NCBI GenBank assembly: GCA_965116495.1
Contig: OZ220696.1
Location: 704,001-768,000 of the forward strand
Direction of reading: 5' to 3'
Length of the DNA: 64,000 bases
Origin: Gammaproteobacteria bacterium
GTDB taxonomy: Bacteria > Pseudomonadota > Gammaproteobacteria > Eutrophobiales > Eutrophobiaceae
The notes below the pieces were generated by a model, which saw only the letters and a list, made by a program, of their open reading frames with translations, did not search any database and was not told the origin of the DNA. This document shows, in pieces, positions 1-9,563 of this stretch. Made by a program: the position numbers and the translations under genes. Position 1 is the first letter of the stretch. Each line of letters begins with the position of its first letter.

Positions 1-217
1 AGGTGACCCGGTCTTTTAACCGGGCATAATTATCATCCAGGATCAAGGCCAGGGGCAGCCCCGCTTCCTCGCTCTCCGCCGTGGTGCAGACATAGGATGC
101 TTCCGGAGTCTCGCAGAAGGTTGCCAGCCACTCATCCATGTTTCTGCCATCGAGCGCCGCGATATAGCGGATTTGCAGGGCATCGATGGCTGCCAGCACG
201 CCGTTGTCCATGGTCAT
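1..217 (-). CDS. Aromatic-ring-hydroxylating dioxygenase beta (small) subunit, runs off window edge
   Basis: Hand translation gives MTMDNGVLAAIDALQIRYIAALDGRNMDEWLATF...LALILDDNYARLKDRV, typical of beta subunits. Its ATG overlaps (ATGA) the natural stop of the upstream alpha subunit. Confidence 0.8.
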   Translation of the reverse strand, partial: MTMDNGVLAAIDALQIRYIAALDGRNMDEWLATFCETPEASYVCTTAESEEAGLPLALILDDNYARLKDRVT

Positions 218-1186
218 TCAGCAGGCGCCTTCTCAAAACCCATGACTTTACGGTAATACTCCTAGCCAGGCAGGTTCGAGGATTCATCACTCTGACCGAA
301 TTCGGTTGGAATCCGGTATTCATCTGTCACGCCCATCTGGAACACGGCGTCCCCGGGCGTCTGGCTGCCGCTGTGCAGGCGGTGGAACACCGCGGCGTCC
401 TCCATGCTGACCAGGCCGCAGGGACCCAGCAGGTTGGATGCCTGGCGCACCCGGTGACGCACCAGCTCCTCGTCATCGTCGATGTGGGCAAAGTAAGTGT
501 AATGCACCTCAGTCTCATCGACAGAGAGAGGATTGGCAAGCCGGATGCTGATGGAATCCAGGTGCCGGGTCATGCCGGAAATGGGAAAGAACCGCACACT
601 GACCGACCCGCGCGCCAGGTTGCCGCCGCTTTTATGTTCAATCAGGGACGGGTCCTGTAACCGGTCCACCGATTCCGGCAGGCTCAATTCGCCCACGTAA
701 ACGCGATGGCCCCGCGCGTTGGCCTCCTGGTACCCCTTGCCGCCCTGCCAGTTCAGCATCTGGAAAGCCGCATGTAACAACCCTGCGTGATAAGTATCGT
801 TATCGGCGTAGGTCTTCCAGTTGGCATTGAGCAGGACTTTCTGGTAACCGAGCAATCTCAGGCGTCCGTCCCCGGCAAGTACCTCTGCAATGGAAGCATG
901 CAAACCTTCCAGGTAGACGTCGATCGGGGGCGCGCCCTCACTGAACGTGACCATGACGAGACCGTGGACCAGCGCCATCCTGGGCCTGGCCAGGGGGTAG
1001 TTGCTCTTATCAAAATCAGCCGGGTAATCACCCGGTTTGTTGGGGCAGCCGATCAGCCTGCCCCTGGAGTCGAAGGTCCAGCGGTGATACGGACAACCGA
1101 ACCTGGACTTGTTGCCCATGGGCGAGGTCTCCACCTGCGCCCCCCGGTGGGAACAGGAGTTGTACAGTACGTTTACCCTGTTTTCC
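214..1186 (-). pseudogene. Rieske ring-hydroxylating oxygenase alpha subunit (salicylate/anthranilate-type), 5'-truncated, with a premature TAG
   Basis: Rieske CSH...CPYH and the mononuclear-iron region NWKTYADNDTYHAGLLH are present. Family-like sequence begins only at ~1186. After the TAG at 262-264 the frame continues EYYRKVMGFEKAPAE* to 214. Confidence 0.8.
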
Positions 1187-1663
1187 CTGGGTCGCGGCGG
1201 CATGTTGCCGCACTGGTTCGCAAAAGTCGATGCGCGCCACAAAACGCCGGTCAATGCGATCCTGTTTGTCGGCGCCATCTCGCTGCTTGGGCCGCCGGTC
1301 GGCAAGGCTGCGCTGGTACCGATAGTCACCAGCGGTTCCCTGGCATTCGTCGCGGCGTTGCTGATGACCTGCCTGGCTGCCCTGCGCCTGCGTAAAACCC
1401 ACCCGGACTTGATCCGCTCTTACCGGACCGGCAAGCCGGCGATGTATTGCGGGATTGCTGTTGCGGGCTTGCTGGTACTATTGATGGTGGCTCCCGGCAG
1501 TCCGGGCCAGTTGCGGCCGCTGGAGTTCGCCATTATCGGTATCTGGATGTGCCTGGGAATTGCCGGATATTGCCTGCGCCAATCCACCAATGTGATGGAC
1601 ACGAAACAGCAGAGTTACATGATCCTGGGTAGGAAACAAGACACTTGTGGTACGGAACCGTAG
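1178..1663 (+). pseudogene. C-terminal fragment of an APC-family amino acid/polyamine permease
   Basis: LFSLGRGGMLPHWFAKVDARHKTPVNAI followed by about four TM segments matches the C-terminal third of APC permeases. The N-terminus is absent. Confidence 0.75.
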
Positions 1664-1674
1664 CTGGAAATAAA

Positions 1675-3453
1675 ATGAAAAAGAGCGGTTTCCTGATATT
1701 GGCATTGCTCCTGTTTTACGCTTGCGGGCAGGGTTCCCGGAATGCCGGCAGCGTGGCGCAGGGACAATCTGCACATGAGTCGGGTGAGGGCGCAAATGTC
1801 GCGGATATCGTGCTCACCAACGGCCGGATCTATACAGTCAATCCCGACCAGCCCTGGGCTGAGGCCGTCACCGTCAGGGACGGCAGGATTCAGTTTGTCG
1901 GCAGCAATGAAGCGGCCGCAGCGTACCGGGGCGGGCGAACGGAAGTCATAGACCTGGAAGGGAATATGGCCATGCCGGGACTTAATGACCTGCATGTCCA
2001 CCCGGTTTACGGTTATACCGTGCAGTTATTCGAATGCGTATTCCCGGGCACAGCGACACCGGACGTAGTCAGGCAGACCGTTGCTCAATGTGTCGAGGAT
2101 TACCCCGATGCCGAATGGATTATCGGTGGCCAGTGGGAAACGGACTTTTTTATCAAGCACGACATCCCGTCGCCGCGTGAATGGCTGGACGAGGTTTCGG
2201 GGAACAAGGCGGTCATCCTGCGGGACACCTCGTTCCATAACCGCTGGGCCAACAGCAAGGCCCTGGAACTGGCGGGACTGACCCGGGACAGCCCGGAAAT
2301 ACCCGGCGGAAAGATAGTGCGGGACCGGGAAACGGGTGAACCGAACGGCCTGTTATATGAAACCGCGTCGAGGCCTGTACTCAGCATCATCCCGGACTGG
2401 ACCGAAGAGCAATACCTGCAGGCAGCCAGGGAAGGCATCAGGTCAGCGAACCGCTTCGGCCTGACCGGTATAAAGGAAGCCTGGGCAACCCCCCAGGGAT
2501 TAAAAGCATACAAGGCCCTGGACGATGACGGCGAGATAAGTATGCACCTGGTGGTTTCCATGTCCGTCCTGCCGATGCTTGATGAGGAAAAGAACCTGGA
2601 TGCCGGCATTCTGGAACAGATGAGAACGGAATACCGCGGCCGGTACGTGAACACCGATGCCGTCAAGATTTCCATGGACGGCGTGCCTTCGGCATCCCGC
2701 TCAGCCGCGATGCTGGCTGATTATATGCCGGAGTATGAAGGCGCACCGGCCCACAACGGCAAACAGCACTACACCCAGGAAGAATTGACGCGGCTGATAG
2801 TCCGGCTCGATAAGCTTGGAATGACGGCCAAGGTGCATACCGCAGGGGATCGTTCCGTACAGGTAACCCTGAACGCCATCGAGGCCGCCCGGCAGGCGCA
2901 CGGCGACAGCGGGTTACGCCATGAACTGGCGCACGCCGGTTACATCGACGGGGCGGACATACCCCGGTTTGCCGAACTCGGTGCCGTGGCGGAAATCTCT
3001 CCCTACATCTGGTTTCCGTCCGTGAAGGTCGATTCCATCATCCGCGCCGTAGGCGAGGAGCGGGGGCGGCGTTACTGGCCGGTGCGGGACCTGCTCGAAG
3101 CCGGCGCCCAGGTAGTGGCAGGGTCCGACTGGCCTGCCGGCGCCCTGTCCAGCATGAACCCCTGGGTCGGACTGGAAGCCATGGTCAGCCGGGCGAATCC
3201 CTGGGGTATCAGGCAGGACAAGCTGTGGGAAGATCAGGCTATTACCCTGGAACAGGCCCTGGCGATCTATACGCGCTCAGGAGCGAAGGCGCTGTTTCTT
3301 GAACGGGACAGCGGCTCCATTGAGGCAGGTAAACTGGCCGATATCATCGTGCTGGAACACAACCTGTTTGAAATTCCGGTAGCCAGGATCAGCGATACAC
3401 AGGTGTCATTGACCATGTTCGAAGGCAGAATCGTATACAGTAACTCCCGCTAA
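1675..3453 (+). CDS. YtcJ-like amidohydrolase (amidohydro_3), probable lipoprotein
   Basis: PGLNDLHVH, KISMDG, HTAGD, HELAH, GSDWP and GKLADIIVL motifs; lipobox-like LLLFYAC after MKK. Confidence 0.85.
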   Translation: MKKSGFLILALLLFYACGQGSRNAGSVAQGQSAHESGEGANVADIVLTNGRIYTVNPDQPWAEAVTVRDGRIQFVGSNEAAAAYRGGRTEVIDLEGNMAMPGLNDLHVHPVYGYTVQLFECVFPGTATPDVVRQTVAQCVEDYPDAEWIIGGQWETDFFIKHDIPSPREWLDEVSGNKAVILRDTSFHNRWANSKALELAGLTRDSPEIPGGKIVRDRETGEPNGLLYETASRPVLSIIPDWTEEQYLQAAREGIRSANRFGLTGIKEAWATPQGLKAYKALDDDGEISMHLVVSMSVLPMLDEEKNLDAGILEQMRTEYRGRYVNTDAVKISMDGVPSASRSAAMLADYMPEYEGAPAHNGKQHYTQEELTRLIVRLDKLGMTAKVHTAGDRSVQVTLNAIEAARQAHGDSGLRHELAHAGYIDGADIPRFAELGAVAEISPYIWFPSVKVDSIIRAVGEERGRRYWPVRDLLEAGAQVVAGSDWPAGALSSMNPWVGLEAMVSRANPWGIRQDKLWEDQAITLEQALAIYTRSGAKALFLERDSGSIEAGKLADIIVLEHNLFEIPVARISDTQVSLTMFEGRIVYSNSR

Positions 3454-3457
3454 GGAC

Positions 3458-3555
3458 GCAAATGCCGGCAAATGCCGGGGTCAGAGTAAAATCGCCGATG
3501 GTGTCGGCAACAGCAGCGCCGGTGGTGATTTTACTCTGACCCCACCTGACTGACC
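3458..3555. repeat. REP/REPIN-like inverted repeat (GGGGTCAGAGTAAAATC...GATTTTACTCTGACCCC)
   Basis: 20-bp arms at 3477-3496 and 3524-3543 with one mismatch, lying between convergent genes. GCAAATGCCG is duplicated before the left arm. Confidence 0.75.
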
Positions 3556-3581
3556 TGGGTTAGCGAGAGCCACTAAGGACG

Positions 3582-5303
3582 CTACTCTCCTGCTGCGCGC
3601 AGGTAAACCGTCTCCCCGTTGATGAGGGTTTGCATAACCCTGACCTGGTGTAATTCATTTGCCGGAATTTCGTACGGGTCACGGTCGATCACTACCAGGT
3701 CGGCCAGCTTGCCGGGTTCTATGCTTCCCAGTTTGTCTGTGTTTCCCATGTGTTTTGCCGAATTGACCGTGAACATCTTAATGGCCTGGTCCAGGTTGAT
3801 GGCCTGCTCCTTGCCGAAACTGTCTTCGCTGCCGCCCGGTCGTTGCCTGGTCACCAGCGCTTCGATGGCAATCCACGGATTGACCGAGGGTACGACGGAC
3901 CAGTCCGAGCCCGGCACCGCCAGGGCGCCGGCTTCGATTACCTCGCGCACCGGCCAGACCCGTTTGATGCGTTCTGTCCCGACCGCCGCGGTGATACTGT
4001 CGTTAATCGGACTGGGACTCCACAGGTAAGGGGACATTTCAAAGCTCGCCCCGATTTCGCGACCCAGGGACATGTCGGCAAGAGCGACGAAAGTGCAATG
4101 CCCGACGTTATGCCACAGGCCGCTGTTGCCGTTGGCCCGGCGGGCGCTCGCTATGGCCTGCAAGCCTGCGCGCACTGCGGCGTCCCCGGCGGCATGGAAC
4201 TTGACCGTAAGGCCCATAGCATCGAAGCGGGTGACCGCCTCGTTTAATACTGCCTGTTCCTCCAGCAACATGCCAAAACGGCTGGCTTCGTCGTCGCGTC
4301 CTTCAACCGTACCCTCGTAAGGTTCCAGCATGGCTGCCGTGTGGCTATCGGTCGGGACTCCGTCGAGAAAGATCTTGACGCAATCGAGGGACACGCGTTC
4401 CCTTGCATACACTGCGCCGGACTCGATAAACGCCTCCATTTCCACATTGCCGCTGAACCACGGCATACACAACCTTGCGCGCTGTTTAAGAACACCGGAG
4501 TCAGCCAGCGCGGCATAGGCTGAGGCCTCTTTTACGGCGTTCGAGGAATACCCGGTGGATGCCTCGGAAAAAGAGGTGATGCCGTTGGCCAGCATCTTGC
4601 CAAGCGCCCACTCCAGCGCAGACCGTATCTGTTCATCCGTGGCTTCAGGGACATGTTGCCGTACCAGTACCACCGCCTCCTCCCTGAGTATGCCGGTGGG
4701 AGCGCCGGAACCGTCCCGTTCGATGATGCCGTTTTCCGGGTCGGGTGTAGCGCTGGTCAGACCGGCAATTTCCAGCGCCCTGGAGTTGGCCCAGGCGCTA
4801 TGTTCGCTGGTATCACTGAGCAATACGGGATTGTCCGGTGTGATCCCGTCGAGCATCGCTGCATTAGGCACCCGGCCGATGGCGGACGCGTCCCATTGTC
4901 CGCCGGTGATCCACTCTCCGGGTTCAGCCTGGCCGGCGCAGGTTTTGACATGCTGTCGAATCTGCTTTAGCGTGGAACCCTGGGGAATGACACAGCGTTG
5001 CGCCTGCATGCCGGCATACACGGGGTGTACGTGCAGGTCGTGAAATCCCGGCAGTACGACCCGGCCGTTCAAATCAATCAGCCTGGTGTTTGCATCTGCC
5101 ATGGCATTGATTGTTTCCGTGTCGCCGACGGCAGCAATTCTCCCCTCCCGGACGGCCACAGCTTCGGCCAACGGTTGCTCTTCGCTCAAGGTATAAATTT
5201 TTCCATTGATAAAGAAGATTTCTTCACCAGAAGACTGCGCACAGGTGGCAAGAAACAGGGTCGTGACAGATGCAAATATTTTTATTTGTTTTAATATCGC
5301 CAT
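3582..5303 (-). CDS. YtcJ-like amidohydrolase with signal peptide
   Basis: PGFHDLHVH, KIFLDG, HAAGD, GSDW and GKLADLVV motifs; paralogue of 1675..3453. Start placed at MAILKQ. Confidence 0.85.
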   Translation of the reverse strand: MAILKQIKIFASVTTLFLATCAQSSGEEIFFINGKIYTLSEEQPLAEAVAVREGRIAAVGDTETINAMADANTRLIDLNGRVVLPGFHDLHVHPVYAGMQAQRCVIPQGSTLKQIRQHVKTCAGQAEPGEWITGGQWDASAIGRVPNAAMLDGITPDNPVLLSDTSEHSAWANSRALEIAGLTSATPDPENGIIERDGSGAPTGILREEAVVLVRQHVPEATDEQIRSALEWALGKMLANGITSFSEASTGYSSNAVKEASAYAALADSGVLKQRARLCMPWFSGNVEMEAFIESGAVYARERVSLDCVKIFLDGVPTDSHTAAMLEPYEGTVEGRDDEASRFGMLLEEQAVLNEAVTRFDAMGLTVKFHAAGDAAVRAGLQAIASARRANGNSGLWHNVGHCTFVALADMSLGREIGASFEMSPYLWSPSPINDSITAAVGTERIKRVWPVREVIEAGALAVPGSDWSVVPSVNPWIAIEALVTRQRPGGSEDSFGKEQAINLDQAIKMFTVNSAKHMGNTDKLGSIEPGKLADLVVIDRDPYEIPANELHQVRVMQTLINGETVYLRAAGE

Positions 5304-5366
5304 AAGACGGATGATTATTCGTATAACACGATACAATGTCAAACAAATGATGCTAATGGAAAAACC

Positions 5367-7427
5367 ATGACTGAAAATACCGAAATCATAAAGAGCAACT
5401 GCCCCCGTGACTGTTATGACGGTTGCGGGATCAGTATCGAAAAAATCGACGGCCGGATCAGCAGGGTAATGGGTGACGAAACACACCCTGTATCTCGCGG
5501 ACGGCTGTGCAACAAGTGTGCTATTGCCTATAACGGCGTCTGGCAGGACGAGAGCGAACGGCTGCTATATCCAATGAAGCGAAGCGGTGAGAAGGGGGGT
5601 GGGCAGTTTGAACGCATCAGTTGGGATGAGGCGATCGGTGCCATTACCGGCCGGTTAAAGGCCGATATCACCGAACACGGACCTGGATCGATCATACATA
5701 CGCATTATTCGGGGACATTGTCGCTGATCGCACTGCTGTTCCCCATGCGCTTCTTCCTCAAACTCGGTGCGGCGGAAGTCGATCCGGACAGTATCTGCAA
5801 CGCCGCGGGCCATGCCGCATTGTCGCTGTTATACGGGGAATCACACGTGGGGTTTGACCCCCGTACCATCAAGGATTCAAACTGTGTTCTTATCTGGGGC
5901 GCCAATCCGTCCCATTCGGGTCCCCACAGCCATAAACACTGGTTTGCCGCTGCCGGGGCCAAAAAGATTGTGGTCGACCCGGTGCGCACGAACACCGCCC
6001 GGGCCGCTGATATTCATTTGCAGCTTTATCCCGGCACGGACGCGGCCCTGGCTTACAGCCTGCTGCACGTGATGCAGCGGGACGGCTTGTTTGCTGACGG
6101 GTTTATCGGGCAGCACACGGTGGGAAGCGATGAGTTGCTGCCCATAGTCAAAAGCTGCTCGCCGGAATGGGGAGAGCAGGTAACCGGTGTTCCGGCTGCG
6201 CTGATAGAAGAAGCGGCGGACTATTACGCTAAAGGGCCGTCATTGTTATGGCTGGGGCAGGGGTTTCAGCGCCAGTTGCACGGCGGCAACTGCATGCGTG
6301 CGGTAGGGTTGTTGCCGGCGTTAACGGGAAATATAGGAAAAGCCGGCGCGGGCTTCAGCTACGTCACCTACACCCCGGCCATTGCCGGCCTGGATTTTGA
6401 TGCTATGGCCGGTGCACAGCTTGCTGCTGCCGAACCCGCTTCGATCAGCCACATGGACTTTGCGGAGCAACTGTCGGACCGGAGCCGGTTTAAATCACTG
6501 CTGGTCTGGAACACCAACCCGGTTGCATCAGCCCCCAACCAGACCAGGTTGCGCAAGGCCCTGGAGAGAGACGACCTGTTTACCGTGGTCATTGACTGCT
6601 TCCAGACAGATTCGGCGGATTATGCCGATGTCCTCTTGCCGGCTGCAGGTTTTCTGGAATTCGACGACCTGACCTTCAGTTATTTCCATCTGAATATCGG
6701 CGTACAGTCAAAGGCCAGGGAGCCCATGGGCGAATCATTGCCCAACCAGGAAATCTTCCGGCGTCTGGCAAGGGGCATGGGTTTCACGGATAAGGAATTA
6801 TTTGAAACCGACGGGGAGTTGATTAACGGCATGCTGGAGCAAATGGGAGTGAGTGGGGGCTTCAAGGAATTTCAGCAGAGGGGCTGGCAGCCAATCAGCG
6901 ACGAACCGATCATTCCCTGGGCCGACCTGCAGTTCCCGACGGACAGCAGCAAAATAGAACTGGCCTCTGATGCTGCGGAAAGCCGGGGTTTGCCTCGGGT
7001 CCCCCAGGCAACAGCGGACCAGGGCCAGACTGGCGGGCAGTTGCGCCTGATCACGCCGGCGTCTGACTACAGGTTGAACGATTCCTATGCCAATGATCCC
7101 AAACTCGCCCGCAACGCCGGTGATGCCGGGGTGTATATCCACCCCGAGGACGCCGCACGGCTGAATGTCGGGGACGGCGCCAGGGTTAATTTAAGCAACA
7201 GCAACGGCGAGCTGAACCTGACCGCAACCATAGTCGACATTTCAGTCCCCGGGATACTGGTCTCTTACAAGGGGCGCTGGCCAAAAAAGGAACAGGAAAA
7301 AAAGAACGTGAACGTGCTGCACATCGGACAAAAAGCGGACATGGCGGAGAGTACCAGCGTGCACAGCACCCTGGTAACCCTTACCCCTGACAGCCAGGCG
7401 CGCACTGTTGCAAATCAACAGCTATAG
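5367..7427 (+). CDS. Molybdopterin-dependent oxidoreductase (DMSO reductase/MopB family) with N-terminal 4Fe-4S
   Basis: CPRDCYDGC...LCNKC, RISWDEA, WGANP, ADVLLPA, and a C-terminal molydop-binding domain (IHPEDA). Confidence 0.85.
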   Translation: MTENTEIIKSNCPRDCYDGCGISIEKIDGRISRVMGDETHPVSRGRLCNKCAIAYNGVWQDESERLLYPMKRSGEKGGGQFERISWDEAIGAITGRLKADITEHGPGSIIHTHYSGTLSLIALLFPMRFFLKLGAAEVDPDSICNAAGHAALSLLYGESHVGFDPRTIKDSNCVLIWGANPSHSGPHSHKHWFAAAGAKKIVVDPVRTNTARAADIHLQLYPGTDAALAYSLLHVMQRDGLFADGFIGQHTVGSDELLPIVKSCSPEWGEQVTGVPAALIEEAADYYAKGPSLLWLGQGFQRQLHGGNCMRAVGLLPALTGNIGKAGAGFSYVTYTPAIAGLDFDAMAGAQLAAAEPASISHMDFAEQLSDRSRFKSLLVWNTNPVASAPNQTRLRKALERDDLFTVVIDCFQTDSADYADVLLPAAGFLEFDDLTFSYFHLNIGVQSKAREPMGESLPNQEIFRRLARGMGFTDKELFETDGELINGMLEQMGVSGGFKEFQQRGWQPISDEPIIPWADLQFPTDSSKIELASDAAESRGLPRVPQATADQGQTGGQLRLITPASDYRLNDSYANDPKLARNAGDAGVYIHPEDAARLNVGDGARVNLSNSNGELNLTATIVDISVPGILVSYKGRWPKKEQEKKNVNVLHIGQKADMAESTSVHSTLVTLTPDSQARTVANQQL

Positions 7428-9377
7428 AGCCAGTATCTGTTCGGCTGCGCGCTGTCCTTCAGCCGCCGCGGTTTGCCATACCTGTGTACCTGTCAATTCC
7501 GAGTGCGCAAAGGCAATACGGCCGTGGACCGTGTCTCGAATAAGGTCTTTCGCCGCGGGACGGCCGTTTTTACCGAAATAAAACCCCGGCGGTTGCACGA
7601 CGTAAGCATGACCCCAGCGGTTAAGTACGATACCGGCTATATCCCGTTTGGCATCAAAGCCGCTATCGCCAAAAAGTGTTTGCAACTGTTTGCGGATTTG
7701 TAGCTCAAAATCCCTGAAACCGGGACCAAGCAAAGAATAACGCGCGGCAAGCGCCTGCTCTTTTACCGGCATGCCGGGATGCAGGAACGGCACGTACATC
7801 GTTAAAACGGTTGGTTTGTCAGGATCAAGCGGCATAGGTTCCCGTCCGTCAATCACCATCTGTCTCCTTATGCAGGTGAACCAGCCAAAGCCCTCAAACC
7901 AGCGCGCTGCGGTGATCCCCAGCTTTTCCATAAACTTCCAGTTTCTTACCGCGATGTTTACCGTCAGCACCGGGGCATGCATGAAGCTGTCCATAGCGTT
8001 AAACAACCCGGGAGTCAGCCCTTTCACAATTTGTTTGTTGACGGCCTGGTTAGCGGCCATCACTACCGATTTCGCCGTGAGCTTACGCAAGCGGCCGTTT
8101 TCGTAATAGGTTACCTCCACGCGCCGGTTGTGATCCATTCCGGTGTTCTCAACGGCAACGACCGTACATCCACCGCGAAAACGGACAGGATTACCTTTAC
8201 GGTCCAGCTCCGTCCAGTCGATCGGATTGAATAAAACAGCATTCATGGCTGAATCACCCTTGATTGCGCCGGGGATGAGGTTTTTCAGAAAGTAACGTGC
8301 AATACCGGCATTGCCGCCCGGGAAGGCGGCAAGATGCAGCTGGTCGGTAGGATCGATGTTATTTGTAATATAACGGAAATAGCCGGCCGGGCCGGGCAGG
8401 GCAAACTCAAATGCCGCATAAGCTGACGATACGTCAGCGCCCAGGCCGTGTCCGACGGTAGCTGCAAAGGGGTCCACCAGTTTTGTATACTCTGCCGAGA
8501 CACCGACTACTTCAGTAAGGAATTCCAGGTAAGTCATGCTGTCCAGCCATGCTTCCCAGTCTGCGCGGCGGGGCGGCATACGGTAGGACTCCAGGGTCAT
8601 GTAGTCCAGTTTCAGCCGCGCCGCTATCGGAGCTTCGCGAAAGCCGTTATTCCAGGGGTTTATCGCCCAACCACCATTGGGAGTTGAATTTCTTCCGTAA
8701 AAATAGCCGGAATCAGCCGCTTCCCATGTTTGCAACATGGGGAAATAGATGTCTTTGGCAACCCGAAGCTCCTTTTCGCTGCCGCTTAGCTCCTGCCAGG
8801 TGAATTCATCGGGCAAACCGAGTTCTTTCCAGTAATCGTGGTAAAAGCCCATCTGCCGGGTGACTGAAACCGGCCACAGATTACCGTTGGAACCCTGTGG
8901 TCCGTACAGACGAACGCCGTCGACATCAAACTCATTCTGCTTGGCTTCACCACCAAAAATGAGATGATTGTCAAGTATCAGGCAGTTGTTGTTGCCGTTC
9001 GTATGTTTCCGGTACGTATAGGCGGCGCTCAACCCTGAGAACCCGCCGCCCACAACGACCAGGTCGTATACTTCACCGGTAGTTATTGCGTTTGAATGTG
9101 CATTTACAAACTGTCCGTCTCTGATTGCATGGGCTGCATTGACGACTTCGGCTGTATTGCCGTTACTACCCGCGTAATCACCAATACCTCCAGGGCCGGT
9201 CCAATCCGGTCCGTATTGAACAGTTGATCCCAATGGATCAGCGGCCACAAGACCGGATGAATGTGCCGTGAGCAAGGCACTGCCGGCTCCGACCAGCGTT
9301 GACCCGACAAAATCCCGGCGCGTAATATGAGTGTCCATACCCAGTTCCAGTTCTTCAGACAATTTATTATTCGTCAT
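7422..9377 (-). CDS. Tat-exported FAD-dependent oxidoreductase, spermidine dehydrogenase (SpdH)-like
   Basis: TRRDFV twin-arginine motif, VVVGGGFSGL, LDNHLIFGGEAKQNEF, NRWGHAY and RIAFAHS. Confidence 0.75.
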   Translation of the reverse strand: MTNNKLSEELELGMDTHITRRDFVGSTLVGAGSALLTAHSSGLVAADPLGSTVQYGPDWTGPGGIGDYAGSNGNTAEVVNAAHAIRDGQFVNAHSNAITTGEVYDLVVVGGGFSGLSAAYTYRKHTNGNNNCLILDNHLIFGGEAKQNEFDVDGVRLYGPQGSNGNLWPVSVTRQMGFYHDYWKELGLPDEFTWQELSGSEKELRVAKDIYFPMLQTWEAADSGYFYGRNSTPNGGWAINPWNNGFREAPIAARLKLDYMTLESYRMPPRRADWEAWLDSMTYLEFLTEVVGVSAEYTKLVDPFAATVGHGLGADVSSAYAAFEFALPGPAGYFRYITNNIDPTDQLHLAAFPGGNAGIARYFLKNLIPGAIKGDSAMNAVLFNPIDWTELDRKGNPVRFRGGCTVVAVENTGMDHNRRVEVTYYENGRLRKLTAKSVVMAANQAVNKQIVKGLTPGLFNAMDSFMHAPVLTVNIAVRNWKFMEKLGITAARWFEGFGWFTCIRRQMVIDGREPMPLDPDKPTVLTMYVPFLHPGMPVKEQALAARYSLLGPGFRDFELQIRKQLQTLFGDSGFDAKRDIAGIVLNRWGHAYVVQPPGFYFGKNGRPAAKDLIRDTVHGRIAFAHSELTGTQVWQTAAAEGQRAAEQILAL

Positions 9378-9563
9378 CCTGAAAACCTCCCCGGTAGATA
9401 AGCGATACAGTAGTTTTTCTGAGAATTACTAAATCATAACGACAATCCTCATACGCCAGCATCATGCCACAGGTTCCGGGTACAGGCTAAACTGATTATG
9501 TGACAGGTTGTGTAACCATATCTATAATGGCCAGGTGGAACAATTAAATCAGGTGGTGCTCCC

